Notes: generated from the sequence alone by a model not told the origin. A DNA stretch of 64,000 nt from Candidatus Cloacimonadales bacterium (GCA_963662655.2 CAXXTU010000002.1:608001-672000); one strand, 5' to 3'. Positions 49,230 through 60,016 are shown, numbered from the stretch's first letter. Made by a program: numbers and translations.

Positions 49230-52200
49230 TCATCTGTAAACGATCATCTTGCCCGTTTTCTCGGTCGATTTCTTCGATACAGGCTCACTCACTTCGATCT
49301 TGTAGATGTACGTGTTGTTGGCGATCCAATCGCCGTCCCCATCGCGAACATTCCAGCGGATCTGGTTATAACCGCGCTTGCATCCCGAGCGCTCGATCGT
49401 CTTGATCTTGCGGCCGGTAATGGTGTATACGCTGATCTTGGCGTTGTAGCGCGTGGATGAATCGGCATTGTGCGAAATAACGAATGTGAAGTGGAAATCC
49501 TCGTCGCCCTTGTATGGATTCGGGTAGGGTAGGATGTCCGATAGCTTGATGTCCGTTCCGATATCGGCATCGGTGGAAACCTTGAAATCGATATGCTGAA
49601 CCGACGGTTCGTTAGCGTTGTCGAATGCGATCAGCTCGAGCGTGTGGCTTCCTCTCGAAATCCCCTCCAACTGCCAGTTCAGCTCACCGCGCGTGAAGGA
49701 ATCGAGGTTGTAGGAGAATCCTTCGGTGATATCGATGAACGTGTTGTCGTCGTCGATACGGGCAAGAATCTTGTGACCTGGTTTTCCAAGGATGTTAACG
49801 CCGGTGCTGTCCGAGATGCCTGCGATCAGGAGCGGATCGGACGTTACGGTGTCTTCTTCCTGGAAGTCTTTCGAATCCAGCCAGATACTTATTTCAGGCG
49901 AGTCGTCGTTTTCGATGTATTCGGCGTTGGTGCTCAACGTCACCGGATAGAGGTAGGAGACTCTCGAATCGGTGCCGTCCTCTGTCATGGCGATCATTCT
50001 TCCGGTCTCGCCGCCTGCGATGTCGTAAGGGATGATGAAGGTAGCGTCAAAGTCACCGGAAACAACACTCACCTCGCCGCGGAAAAGTGGATTGGACATT
50101 TCCGTCCAGGTAGCAACGGCGGTGTCGGTGGCCCAATACTGTTTCTCGGTAACGGCGTCGTAGACGCGCAGCATGGTCTGGCCCTCTTCGATGGCGCTCA
50201 TATCGTCTAGATTGAAATCGCCGGAGATATTGACCGTCTGCAAAGCATGAAGGCTGTCCGCGTCGTTGGTGACAACGATGTTTTCTTCTCGGGCAGGTGG
50301 TACGAGGCGTAACACCGGGTCTCCGAGGAGGGCGTAGCGCTCGTTGTTCCCCGGACTGTTATAGATGCTCTTGGCGTTCATGAGCGAGAGGCCCAGGGCT
50401 CTGCGCGAGTTACACATCTGTTCGAGGAAAACGCCCATAAGTCCTGTGTTGTTGCCGCCGGTGGTTTCGCACGTACCGGCAAGGGACGCGATCGCGCCGC
50501 CATCCTCCGAGAAGAGTATCTCTTCAGCGAGGCAATTGGTCTCGTAGTTGTCGAATTTACCCACCGAGCAGGATGCGGCGATGAAGAGGGGCAGTTTGTC
50601 CGCATTGTGAAGCTGCGGGATATCGCTGATGGAGAGGTATTTCTCATCGCCAAGAACGTGCGTTGCTCCGTGGCCCGTATAGTACATGACCAGCAAGCCG
50701 TCGTTCATCTTCTCGATAAGGAGGTCGCGCACCTGGGGTTTTGCGTTGAAGGCGTCCAGCTCGTACTCGATCGCCATGAGCATATCGACGTATACCGCGG
50801 GATTGATCTGCTCCGCGTTCGTTTGCGCGTTGTTCGTGTGCTCCACCTGCGAAATACTTCCGGAGTTGTACTGGTCGTCCGCAAGGATGAGGATTCGATT
50901 TTTCCAGTAACCGGCTGTCGGATTCTCCATGAACTGGCGCGTGCGGTCGATCATGAGTTGCAGATCGGCCGTCGTCTGGGCGGGATATCGTCCGATCGCC
51001 ATCTCGGGCTGGTCGTCGTCCGTGAAATAGACGAAGTAGTCGTCGCTGGTGGTGGAGCTTATCTGGTACGCGATGATTTTGTTCTTGGGGACGTTCGACT
51101 CGGCAAAGTTTCGCCAGTCGTAGACACCGGCTCCCAACAAGACGGCGTATGTGAGCGTGTTCAAGGTGTCCGTTTGCACGGAATGTTTCAGGAACATTTT
51201 TACTCCGTTCGGGTCCGGCATACCGCCGGAGAATTGGTCGAACACTTCCTGCTGCAAGACGACCTGCGTGTCGAAATCGTACTGATCTTTATAAAGGGCG
51301 GCAAGCTCTTCGGCTCCGCTTTGGAATTCCTTCGGAGTGATGATGACCACTTCGCGGGACTGCGGTTGCGCGATATCTTTCGGTGAGTAGAGAGAAATAT
51401 CGTCGACGGAATAGAAATCGCCGGTGTTCACAACGTAAATGCGGGTGTCCGTATTGCCATTGGCGACGAATGAAAATCCCTGCGACTGGCTATCGTATTC
51501 AGAGATCGGTCTGATCTTGATGCGATCGAAGTCGTCGACCTCGAATGCCATCATGGTGCTGGAATAAGCGTTCGAGAATACATACTCAACGTTTTCTCCC
51601 ACATCGAGGAGGTCCACGTTGATCAAGAACTGGCCCGACCGCTTATTGAGCAGTTTGTAATACTCCAGCTCGTAATAATCGAGCAGGATGTTCGTGGCCG
51701 ATGTTCTCGTCAGGCGAACCGTGATGTCGTTGGTATCGTTCCGGGAAAAGTCGCTCGTTCCCGTGAACGTACGATAGTATGGCCCGTTCCATGTATTTTC
51801 GAGGATCGAAGTGTCGTTGATGAATACTTCGATCTGGTGGTGGTTGCTGTTGACGCCGGAAGAAGAAAGCTCGCGCACGGTGATGCGGAAGGTCTGATCT
51901 TCGGCGGTATCAAGGTCGGTGAGATTGTAGGAGAGATCGTAATCGGTGATGGAAGTGCCCTGATACCCGAATTGCTGCGTGTACCAGTCGAAGCCGTCGT
52001 CTTCTCTGCGGATCTTCTCCTGTTCATAGCGGAGCTTCTGGAAGGTGTTGGTTCTCGAACTCGAAGCGGAACCGGCGCTCTCACTGACAATTCTCGATGG
52101 CGATGTGTCGCCTTCACCGAATGTAAGCCAATAGATTCCCGCCTGAGAATAGGGATTGAAAAAATGGTTGGGCTCGATTTCCTCGTTCAGGTCGTAATCG

Positions 52201-53129
52201 TCACGGTCACGACCATAGAAGAGGATGTAATCGACGGAATCGAAAGAGTGATCCGATTCACCGTAGACGTAGATCGGAATTTCAGCGAACTCGAGTCCAT
52301 TCGAGTTGACGCTGGGATCCATGACTGCTCCGCCGGTGCTGAAAAGGCGCAACTCCGTGGGATCGATGATGGAGCGATCGACCATTTCATTGACGGCATC
52401 GGAGGTGATTTTGAATAAACCGTCCTTGTGAACCTCGATTCTCATCCATATAGGGAACTCGCTGAAGTTGGCGTAATTGACGTTGTCACGCGTCGAGGTC
52501 CGCCAGCCGGCGGCTTGAGACGGGTTCAATATGACATTCTTAAAAACTTCCGGTGTGGTATAAATGCGGGATGAACTGACGTTGTTCCCCGTATACGAGA
52601 AACTGACCCTGATCGATTCGTTGACCGAGAGTGTATTGTTGCTGCTGTTGTAGGAGAATGGATTCACGCGGATCGTGACCGTTTCCACGCCGCGGAATTT
52701 TCCTTTGTCCATGATTTCCACCAGCGGTCGTGCGGAGGAGCGATAAGATTCTTTGTTTGTTGTATAGGTTTGCCGGCTCACTTCGTCAGCGTCTTCCTGG
52801 GTAACTTCCGGGATGGGTATGAGCGGTGCATCGAGATGGAGTGATCGCGCTTTGCGTGCATCGTGAGAGAATCGAATCGAGCCACCTGGCGGAACGGCGA
52901 TCATTCGTGTGAAATAGGGGAGATCGGGCGATCCCGCGTCTTCCGGATGAACCAGCCCCGTGGTTTGGATGCGAGTGTAAGCGTCTTCCGGGACAACCTG
53001 GTAATCCTCCAGACTGAAATCGACAACAAGCTTCTGGTTGGTTTCGGTTACAACCGTGACATCTGCGAACAGCCCTGTAAAAAGCATGAGTAGAGTCGCT
53101 GCCAGTACGACTTGCGGGTATCTCATCAT
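49230..53129 (-). CDS. PorU-like peptidase C25 (gingipain family) with propeptide and C-terminal sorting-like domain
   Basis: Propeptide GSPDLP; SDDYF, IGRYP, YTGHG (His), ASCSVG (Cys), LLGDP; C-terminal YPNP...YTITGRKI...YIYKI. Confidence 0.82.
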   Translation of the reverse strand: MMRYPQVVLAATLLMLFTGLFADVTVVTETNQKLVVDFSLEDYQVVPEDAYTRIQTTGLVHPEDAGSPDLPYFTRMIAVPPGGSIRFSHDARKARSLHLDAPLIPIPEVTQEDADEVSRQTYTTNKESYRSSARPLVEIMDKGKFRGVETVTIRVNPFSYNSSNNTLSVNESIRVSFSYTGNNVSSSRIYTTPEVFKNVILNPSQAAGWRTSTRDNVNYANFSEFPIWMRIEVHKDGLFKITSDAVNEMVDRSIIDPTELRLFSTGGAVMDPSVNSNGLEFAEIPIYVYGESDHSFDSVDYILFYGRDRDDYDLNEEIEPNHFFNPYSQAGIYWLTFGEGDTSPSRIVSESAGSASSSRTNTFQKLRYEQEKIRREDDGFDWYTQQFGYQGTSITDYDLSYNLTDLDTAEDQTFRITVRELSSSGVNSNHHQIEVFINDTSILENTWNGPYYRTFTGTSDFSRNDTNDITVRLTRTSATNILLDYYELEYYKLLNKRSGQFLINVDLLDVGENVEYVFSNAYSSTMMAFEVDDFDRIKIRPISEYDSQSQGFSFVANGNTDTRIYVVNTGDFYSVDDISLYSPKDIAQPQSREVVIITPKEFQSGAEELAALYKDQYDFDTQVVLQQEVFDQFSGGMPDPNGVKMFLKHSVQTDTLNTLTYAVLLGAGVYDWRNFAESNVPKNKIIAYQISSTTSDDYFVYFTDDDQPEMAIGRYPAQTTADLQLMIDRTRQFMENPTAGYWKNRILILADDQYNSGSISQVEHTNNAQTNAEQINPAVYVDMLMAIEYELDAFNAKPQVRDLLIEKMNDGLLVMYYTGHGATHVLGDEKYLSISDIPQLHNADKLPLFIAASCSVGKFDNYETNCLAEEILFSEDGGAIASLAGTCETTGGNNTGLMGVFLEQMCNSRRALGLSLMNAKSIYNSPGNNERYALLGDPVLRLVPPAREENIVVTNDADSLHALQTVNISGDFNLDDMSAIEEGQTMLRVYDAVTEKQYWATDTAVATWTEMSNPLFRGEVSVVSGDFDATFIIPYDIAGGETGRMIAMTEDGTDSRVSYLYPVTLSTNAEYIENDDSPEISIWLDSKDFQEEDTVTSDPLLIAGISDSTGVNILGKPGHKILARIDDDNTFIDITEGFSYNLDSFTRGELNWQLEGISRGSHTLELIAFDNANEPSVQHIDFKVSTDADIGTDIKLSDILPYPNPYKGDEDFHFTFVISHNADSSTRYNAKISVYTITGRKIKTIERSGCKRGYNQIRWNVRDGDGDWIANNTYIYKIEVSEPVSKKSTEKTGKMIVYR

Positions 53130-53264
53130 AAAATTCTCTCCCATCTCATTTTGAAGATTGATTTATAAAACTAACGAAGATGCAGTGCATTCGTTACCGA
53201 AGTAACGTTGTCGAAAATGGCGCAATCATGTCAAGAAGTGATCTGTTATTCGTTGGATGGTTGA

Positions 53265-54995
53265 TTAACGGGCTGTGTATCGCTTCCGCATGATTTCGAT
53301 CATCATGCCCAGGCGATGCTTATAGGTTTCGTTTCGAGTCACCCTGCTATATGCATTCCGGGCGTATCTCTCGCGAACGGAGTCGTTCTCCAGATAGAAG
53401 GCGACAAGCTCCGGGATTTCTTCGACATCCCTGAAGAATACGATTTCCTCGCCACTCGTATCGAAGATTTCTTCGAGCTGCTGTTTGTAATCCGTCAGGA
53501 TGAATTTTCCACAGGCGGGGACGTCGAAGACGCGCTGGTTCACGGCGTTTTTCATCTGCCGGCTGGTCATGTTGAAGTTGATCCGACTGGTGTTGTAAAC
53601 CTGAGGCAGGTTGTCGTAGTAGAGTACTTCGCGCTCGATGCGATAGCGGTTGTTGAGGATAGTATCCCAGTTGGGGTCTCCGAAGACGGTGGGATAGAAC
53701 GGCGCGAGTTTCTCAATGCCGCTCAGGCGGTACATTTGCGTTGCGCGCCAGAGGACGGCGGCCTCGAAATCGAGCTGTTGTTCGGGATAATCGAAGGCGA
53801 GTTCGATTCCGGTAGCGCGGACTCTGTCGATGGCTTCGATGACGTAGCGGCTATCGATGCCGAGGAACTCCAGGGCAACGGTATCCAGATGGTAGAGGAG
53901 GTCGCGGCGGAACACCATGCTGCGCAGGTTTTTGTGCGTGCTGTATACCATGCTGCTTCCCACGAAAGAGACGTCCGTCTTGTAGGGGAGATCGAGGGGT
54001 TTGAAGAGCTCCGGCATGGTCGCGAGCGGCAGGTAATCGACATGCGGATAACCGGCGTCGATAACGTCCTGAATGTAGTCACGATCCCAGACGAAGATGT
54101 TGCAGTAGTCCGATATGTTGGTGTCCTTCCCACTGAGAACGACGGTAGGGCTATCGACGAACCAGGAGATAAACGGAATTTCAAGCTCGCTGAGGAGTTC
54201 CGTCATGCGCCCTTCCTGGTCGAATCCAAGGTGGTTGATCGTGAGAACGAAATCCGGCTTGAATTGGCTGATGAGCGTAAGGAAGTTCCGCACAAACTCG
54301 TCGTACTGGTAGTTGTCCTTGTCGATGTGGATGTACTGTACGGCGTGGCCCAGTTGCTGGAGCGCGGAAAGGCACTCCTTTGTCAGCACATATCCGCTAT
54401 CGATGAAAATCACCTTGAGCTTGGATGCCCCGGCGAATTTCTTGTATTTCCACTGATCGCTAAGGTCGAAGATGGGCTTGTTCTGCAATCGTCTTTTGAC
54501 GGCGTCGAAGTACCGCGGGAGCAGACGGGTTCGCTGCTTGATCTCAAGTATTTCGATCTCATCGATGTTGCCGATGAAATCGAGAACCTCGAAGTCTTCG
54601 TACCCTATGATGAAGCGAACGGACTCTGGCAGTTTGGAGATGTCGATAGTCTGCATGGCGAGGTTGAAGAGGTTTTTGTCGGGTTCAATCACCGTAATGA
54701 TCTTATCCGGGAAACGCTTGCAGAGCGGATCGAGTCCGTAGCCGAGTCCAATACCCAGGCAAACGATGTGGGGCTTCTCCGTTTTCACACTTTCGGCCCA
54801 ACGGATTGCCTCGCGAGTGGGGTAGTAGCTGCTATGGAGCGTGACCTTCTCCCCGTTCTCTTCAAAGATTAACCCGGGAGCATCTTCCTTGCTGGGAATC
54901 AGTGTGAATTCACTCGTGAATCGGCAATGCCCCTTATTAATGTGTGCGCCTGAACGACCGGCGAGTGTCCGGTGATTTCTCTCGAATCGGTTCAT
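53265..54995 (-). CDS. CgeB-family glycosyltransferase with N-terminal MAF/methyltransferase-like domain
   Basis: LHSSYYPTREA, GIGLGY; WFVDSP, LPLA, VSFVG, NQRVFDVPACG, TYKHR. Confidence 0.75.
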   Translation of the reverse strand: MNRFERNHRTLAGRSGAHINKGHCRFTSEFTLIPSKEDAPGLIFEENGEKVTLHSSYYPTREAIRWAESVKTEKPHIVCLGIGLGYGLDPLCKRFPDKIITVIEPDKNLFNLAMQTIDISKLPESVRFIIGYEDFEVLDFIGNIDEIEILEIKQRTRLLPRYFDAVKRRLQNKPIFDLSDQWKYKKFAGASKLKVIFIDSGYVLTKECLSALQQLGHAVQYIHIDKDNYQYDEFVRNFLTLISQFKPDFVLTINHLGFDQEGRMTELLSELEIPFISWFVDSPTVVLSGKDTNISDYCNIFVWDRDYIQDVIDAGYPHVDYLPLATMPELFKPLDLPYKTDVSFVGSSMVYSTHKNLRSMVFRRDLLYHLDTVALEFLGIDSRYVIEAIDRVRATGIELAFDYPEQQLDFEAAVLWRATQMYRLSGIEKLAPFYPTVFGDPNWDTILNNRYRIEREVLYYDNLPQVYNTSRINFNMTSRQMKNAVNQRVFDVPACGKFILTDYKQQLEEIFDTSGEEIVFFRDVEEIPELVAFYLENDSVRERYARNAYSRVTRNETYKHRLGMMIEIMRKRYTAR

Positions 54996-55405
54996 ACGTT
55001 GTCTTCAAGGAATCTCAATAAACGTTCTTCTACCAATTCAAATCGCTTCAACTCGCACTCCCAGATAACTAAAGTTCGCCATCCAGCATTTGTTAGGTAT
55101 GTAATATTTTGTTTGTCTCTGAGAATATTGTTGCCAATTTTGACCGCCCAATATTCTTTATTGGTTGAAGGTTTATTATTTCCATGTTTGCAATTATGTC
55201 CATGCCAAAAACAGCCGTTAACGAAAATTGCTTTCTTCTTCGAAGGGAATACAATATCTGGTTTTCCAGGTAAATCCTTGTAATTAATACGATATCTATA
55301 ACCATGGCGATACAAATATTTGCGAATTTTTATTTCTGGCCCGGTGTTTTTGGATTTCACGGATCTCATGATTTGAGTTCTCTTTTTTTTTGAGACATGA
55401 TCCAT
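54992..55405 (-). CDS. vsr: Very short patch repair endonuclease
   Basis: KNTGPE, LPGKPDI, FVNGCFWHGH, IWECEL. Confidence 0.93.
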   Translation of the reverse strand: MDHVSKKKRTQIMRSVKSKNTGPEIKIRKYLYRHGYRYRINYKDLPGKPDIVFPSKKKAIFVNGCFWHGHNCKHGNNKPSTNKEYWAVKIGNNILRDKQNITYLTNAGWRTLVIWECELKRFELVEERLLRFLEDNV

Positions 55406-56139
55406 TAATATACAAGCTCAACCCAAGACTCATTGAATCCAACTATACGCATTACATCTTCATGGACCAATCGAGGAGACTTTAAAAGCCTAATGTTCAG
55501 TCTTTTATTTGGGACTTCTTCAATTATTGTGAACTGGGAACCGTGTGGTTGCCATGTAAATTTATGTTTTCCAGTCCTTACATCTGTAGCAATTAAATTA
55601 TTATTGGAATTCCATTCCCAGGAAAATTGCTCGGGTATATACAATGAAGTTTCTGTCTCAAAAATCGTCAATTCCCTCAAATCAATGCCTTTAATTAACA
55701 CAACAGTTCGGAGATGGCGATATTTAGCTCTTGTTGAGGTCACTCTTTCATTCCAGATATCCAATACTTTTGGCCCAACAAGATTTGGATCAATATTCAA
55801 AACTTTTTCTTCACCAAAAGAGTATGCAAGAGAATTACGCCCAGAGATTAATCTTACCTTCTTTGCACTAAAGGGATTAGTGTTCTTGACTGTTTTAGCT
55901 CCCCATGCCATTTGTTTATTAACAACGTCATCAAGCCCAATGTTTGATGGCGTCCATTCTGCCCCAATTGATTTCGCAAAAATTTCTTCCCAGTCAGAAC
56001 CAATAATTCGTGGATTATCCTGTGTTGCGATGGTGTAAATAATTGATTCTGCCACCAAGTATGGAAAATTGGATGGGAAACTGTTTAATGGATACAATGG
56101 ATCGTACTTGTCAGCCGATCTGAGTTTTGGTCTATTCAT
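55405..56139 (-). CDS. Putative type II restriction endonuclease
   Basis: Lies between the MTase and vsr and overlaps both; DWEEIF...LDDVV...GAKTVK resembles a PD-(D/E)xK site. Confidence 0.65.
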   Translation of the reverse strand: MNRPKLRSADKYDPLYPLNSFPSNFPYLVAESIIYTIATQDNPRIIGSDWEEIFAKSIGAEWTPSNIGLDDVVNKQMAWGAKTVKNTNPFSAKKVRLISGRNSLAYSFGEEKVLNIDPNLVGPKVLDIWNERVTSTRAKYRHLRTVVLIKGIDLRELTIFETETSLYIPEQFSWEWNSNNNLIATDVRTGKHKFTWQPHGSQFTIIEEVPNKRLNIRLLKSPRLVHEDVMRIVGFNESWVELVY

Positions 56140-57113
56140 TTCACCGCTTCCATGGTTTCTTTATTTGCCTGAAAACAAGTGCTAAGCTCGATCAATGATT
56201 TGATAGATTCAAAGATTACTTCTTGAGCAACAGGTACAGGTAAGCTGTTGCCGGCTTGTTTTCTTGTTTGCGCATAGCTGCAAACAATACGAAAAGAATT
56301 TGGAAATCCTTGCAGTCTTAACATCTCTCTTGAGGTAAGTCTTCTTTCACCATTGACTAACAAATAATTATATGAAGCTCCAGCTCTCAAGGCGCACGAG
56401 TATGGTAGGATGCTTATATTACCCGACTTATTCTCATGCCAAATCCTTGTCTCTTCTGATTTATTTCTGTTCTTCTTCCTCTTTTCTTGTATATATTTGG
56501 AGGCATAATACATTGCGTCTGGATTCTCTTCTAGCAATACATCCAATGGAGTCATTTCTCTTCTCTCTTTAGGCCAACGGAAAAAAGGATTAAAATTCCT
56601 AAACCCAACAATAAACAGTCTCTCTCTTTTCTGTGGTAAGCCAAAATCCATGGCGTTTAATATCTTATATTCAATGGAGGTATATCCGATATCGCCAAGA
56701 GTTCTTAAGATTGTTTTCAGTGTTCTTCCTTGATCATGGTTTAACAACTGCTTAACATTTTCGAGAACAAAAAAGGACGGGGTCTTGGCCTCCAATATGC
56801 GTGCAATATCAAAGAAAAGAGTTCCTCGAATATCATTAAATCCTTTTCTTTGACCAATAATGCTGAATGGTTGACATGGGAAACCTGCAAGAAGGCAATC
56901 GTGATCAGGTACATCGTTAGCCATAATCTGCGAGATATCTCCAAATGGAGTCTCGTCAAAATTAGCTTTGTATGCTTTTCTACATTCCTTATCAATGTCG
57001 CTTGAAAGAACGCATCTCGAATCTAGCCCTAGAGCTTTTGTAGCATTTTCAAATGCTATTCTAAAACCACCAATCCCTGAGAATAAATCAATGAATTTCA
57101 ATTCTTTTTTCAT
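56136..57113 (-). CDS. DNA (cytosine-5)-methyltransferase
   Basis: DLFSGIGG, GFPCQPFS, ENV, PQKRER, RLQGFP, GNS. Confidence 0.95.
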   Translation of the reverse strand: MKKELKFIDLFSGIGGFRIAFENATKALGLDSRCVLSSDIDKECRKAYKANFDETPFGDISQIMANDVPDHDCLLAGFPCQPFSIIGQRKGFNDIRGTLFFDIARILEAKTPSFFVLENVKQLLNHDQGRTLKTILRTLGDIGYTSIEYKILNAMDFGLPQKRERLFIVGFRNFNPFFRWPKERREMTPLDVLLEENPDAMYYASKYIQEKRKKNRNKSEETRIWHENKSGNISILPYSCALRAGASYNYLLVNGERRLTSREMLRLQGFPNSFRIVCSYAQTRKQAGNSLPVPVAQEVIFESIKSLIELSTCFQANKETMEAVK

Positions 57114-57227
57114 AAATCTCTCCATTTCCCATTTTGAGTACAAGATTTAGATGTCAAGAAATATCCTGCCATGTGTTGGAGCTTCGAAAAATCTTGACAG
57201 AAAGATTTTGTACCCTTAAGTAAACGC

Positions 57228-58145
57228 ATGGAAAAAATAGCAATATTATCCGGCGGCTTCTCGGAGGAACGGGAAGTGTCGCTCGTATCGGCGGCAGAGA
57301 TCGAAAAATCTCTCAAGGCAATGGGTTACTCGACATGCTTGATCGACCCAAAGGAGTATCCCGATTACTGTTCGGTGGTCAGAGCGATCAAGGATTTCGA
57401 AGCCGACATCGTTTTTATCGGACTGCACGGCGGCGACGGCGAAGACGGGAGAGTCCAGGGACTTCTCTCGCTGGCCGGAATCCCCTTCACGGGTTCCGAC
57501 TGGAAGTCTTCGGCCCTTGCAATGGACAAGAACCTCTCCATGCAACTCGCCCAGGCAATCGATATCGAGGTGCCTGAGTACATTTGCATCGATTCGCACG
57601 AAAGTTTTAACGGCAAAGACGTGGAAATCTTCGGCTATCCGTTCGTGATCAAGCCCAACCAGTCCGGTTCCTCGGTGGGAATAACCATCGTCGAGCAGGA
57701 GAATCAAATCGCAGAAGCCCTCGATCTGGCATTCCAGTTTAGCGACGAGGTCATTATCCAGCGGTACATCAAGGGCGACGAGATTACAGCGACGATTCTC
57801 GGCGACGAAGCGTTACCTCTTGTGCGAATATTACCGCGGAAAGGCTTTTACGACTACACCAATAAATACACGAAAGGCAATACGGAGTACGAAGTGCCGG
57901 CCAAGATTCCCGAAGAGGTCAGGGCTCGAGTTCAGGCGGACGCCCTGCGAATATACAATCTGATGGGCTGCTCGGGGTATGCCCGTGTCGATTTCCGCTA
58001 CGACGGCGAGTTCGCATATTTCCTGGAAGTAAACACGTTGCCCGGCATGACGCCTCTCAGCCTTACGCCGATGGCTGCGAAAGAAGCAGGTTATTCTTTC
58101 CAGGCTCTGTTGAAGAAAATCATCGATATCGGTTTGGATAAATAG
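57228..58145 (+). CDS. ddl: D-alanine--D-alanine ligase
   Basis: GGFSEEREVS, LHGGDGEDG, GSSVG, YDYTNKY, EVNTLPG. Confidence 0.95.
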   Translation: MEKIAILSGGFSEEREVSLVSAAEIEKSLKAMGYSTCLIDPKEYPDYCSVVRAIKDFEADIVFIGLHGGDGEDGRVQGLLSLAGIPFTGSDWKSSALAMDKNLSMQLAQAIDIEVPEYICIDSHESFNGKDVEIFGYPFVIKPNQSGSSVGITIVEQENQIAEALDLAFQFSDEVIIQRYIKGDEITATILGDEALPLVRILPRKGFYDYTNKYTKGNTEYEVPAKIPEEVRARVQADALRIYNLMGCSGYARVDFRYDGEFAYFLEVNTLPGMTPLSLTPMAAKEAGYSFQALLKKIIDIGLDK

Positions 58146-58213
58146 AACGCACGTATCCCTAAACGTCAAAACATGACCTGAGTGAATAATAAAGTTTTAC
58201 ATGAGGAGAAACT

Positions 58214-59311
58214 ATGAAACACGTAACGGTATTACTTTTACTATTGGCTGTATCAGTGGTTTTTGCCGATGGCATGCCGCTGACCATCACTCTGAACGAT
58301 GACGTGACGTATAATCTGTTTTATGCGTCGTACATCGATCCCGACAACCCGAGTGCACAACCCATATTCTTCAGCGGTTCCATTCAAAACACAACAGCGA
58401 CAGATGTTCTAAGTTATTATCTGCGAGTGGGCCTCGAATGGAACGGAAATACGCTCATCGACTTCAACGATTCCGATAGCCGTATCGAAGCGGATGATCC
58501 ATTGGGCCCTGGCGTTGTAAAGCCTTTCACATCTCGTGACATCATCTCGAACGTCCCAGTCAACGGCTTCCGTGGAAGTCTGACTATGGATGGCGTGCTG
58601 GATGAGAATCCGGATTTTGAGGATGCGATCCTTGCAACGGGAAGATTTCCCGATGGCATGTACAAGGTTACCGTCCAGGCTTTTGATGGGGCGAATGATG
58701 CTGCGATATCCGATCAGGAAACAATGGTTATCACCATCCTGAATCCGGTGAACATCCAGTTGCTTTATCCGGGAACGTCGGTCGGTGGAAGCATCGTCTC
58801 GTATCCAACGCAACAGCCGACGTTCATGTGGCTCTCGAACCTCGGCAGCTACAATTTCAAGCTGTTTGAGGTCGAAAGCCCCTCGGATGCGTCCGCGGAA
58901 GATATCGCCAACGATATACCTTTCTTCGAGGACGAAGATGTTCATACAACGGCATACTCCTATCCTTCAACAGCTCCGATGCTGGAGATTGGCCATACAT
59001 ACGCCTGGCAGGTGACGGGGCCTCTTTCTTCTCCGATCGATAATGGCAATACGATTGAAAGCCCCCTGTTCATGTTCAGAATCGAGAATCCCAATACCGA
59101 TCCGATCCAGATGCAGATCATCATGACGCTGATCCAGAATCTCATGGGAATCGAAGGTATGGAGAGCTTCCTCAACCTGATCTACGATGGCTATGTACCG
59201 TCCGGAATGGTTCGCTACAAAGGAAATCTCATCGATATTTCGCAGTTGAATGAACTGATCGCCCAAATCATCGCTGGCGAAATCGACGTCAGAAGCATTA
59301 TTGTCGAATAG
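58214..59311 (+). CDS. Secreted beta-rich (Ig/Fn3-like) hypothetical protein
   Basis: Signal peptide, GAGGAG RBS, PTFMW...YAWQV. Confidence 0.7.
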   Translation: MKHVTVLLLLLAVSVVFADGMPLTITLNDDVTYNLFYASYIDPDNPSAQPIFFSGSIQNTTATDVLSYYLRVGLEWNGNTLIDFNDSDSRIEADDPLGPGVVKPFTSRDIISNVPVNGFRGSLTMDGVLDENPDFEDAILATGRFPDGMYKVTVQAFDGANDAAISDQETMVITILNPVNIQLLYPGTSVGGSIVSYPTQQPTFMWLSNLGSYNFKLFEVESPSDASAEDIANDIPFFEDEDVHTTAYSYPSTAPMLEIGHTYAWQVTGPLSSPIDNGNTIESPLFMFRIENPNTDPIQMQIIMTLIQNLMGIEGMESFLNLIYDGYVPSGMVRYKGNLIDISQLNELIAQIIAGEIDVRSIIVE

Positions 59312-59320
59312 GAGATAATT

Positions 59321-60016
59321 ATGACTATTACAATACGAAGAACAATCGTCTTAATCTCCATCTTGCTGATGGTGGCAGTCGCGGCTCTGTTTGCGGAAGA
59401 TCCGGTGGCCTTGACGCTCAAAGTGAAAGGCAAGGTTGATCTGACCAGGGCGGAGAAGACCGAAGGGCTGGAAAACGGTGCGATGCTACAAAACAACGAT
59501 GAACTGAACAGCTACGACAACGCCTATGCGGCGGCGAAATTCGTCGATGGCAGTTCCCTGATCAAGCTCTTCCCGAACAGTACCCTACGTATCCGGGCAG
59601 AGGTTGACGGCTCGAATCAGCTGGACAAGAAATCTTACCTCGAAAAGGGAAATATCTACTCCAAAATCATGAAGAAGGCAGGTGTTTACGAAATCGAGAC
59701 ACCTACAACCGTGGCGAGTGTGAAGGGAACCGAATTCCTTCTCAGTGTATCGGACACGGGCGTAACCGAAGTCCACACCTTCACGGGTACGGTAAGGATG
59801 GAAAACAAGTCCGACGGCGAAACAGCGGACGTCGGCCCGGGCCAGAAAGCCTCAACCGGCGGTATCGGCCCCATCGTTGTAACACCGTATGAAGAAAAAG
59901 ACCTCGATGAAGAAATCATCGAAGAAATTGAAGAACTCGAAGAAGCCGCAGACCTCGAAATTGAGATGAAGGGTCCGGACGGCGAAATCCGCAGAGTCAT
60001 AATCGATTTGGAGTAG
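59321..60016 (+). CDS. Exported FecR-domain protein
   Basis: KVKGKV, FVDGSSLIKLFPNS, IETPTTVASVKGTEF; cleavable-looking signal; acidic tail. Confidence 0.85.
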   Translation: MTITIRRTIVLISILLMVAVAALFAEDPVALTLKVKGKVDLTRAEKTEGLENGAMLQNNDELNSYDNAYAAAKFVDGSSLIKLFPNSTLRIRAEVDGSNQLDKKSYLEKGNIYSKIMKKAGVYEIETPTTVASVKGTEFLLSVSDTGVTEVHTFTGTVRMENKSDGETADVGPGQKASTGGIGPIVVTPYEEKDLDEEIIEEIEELEEAADLEIEMKGPDGEIRRVIIDLE

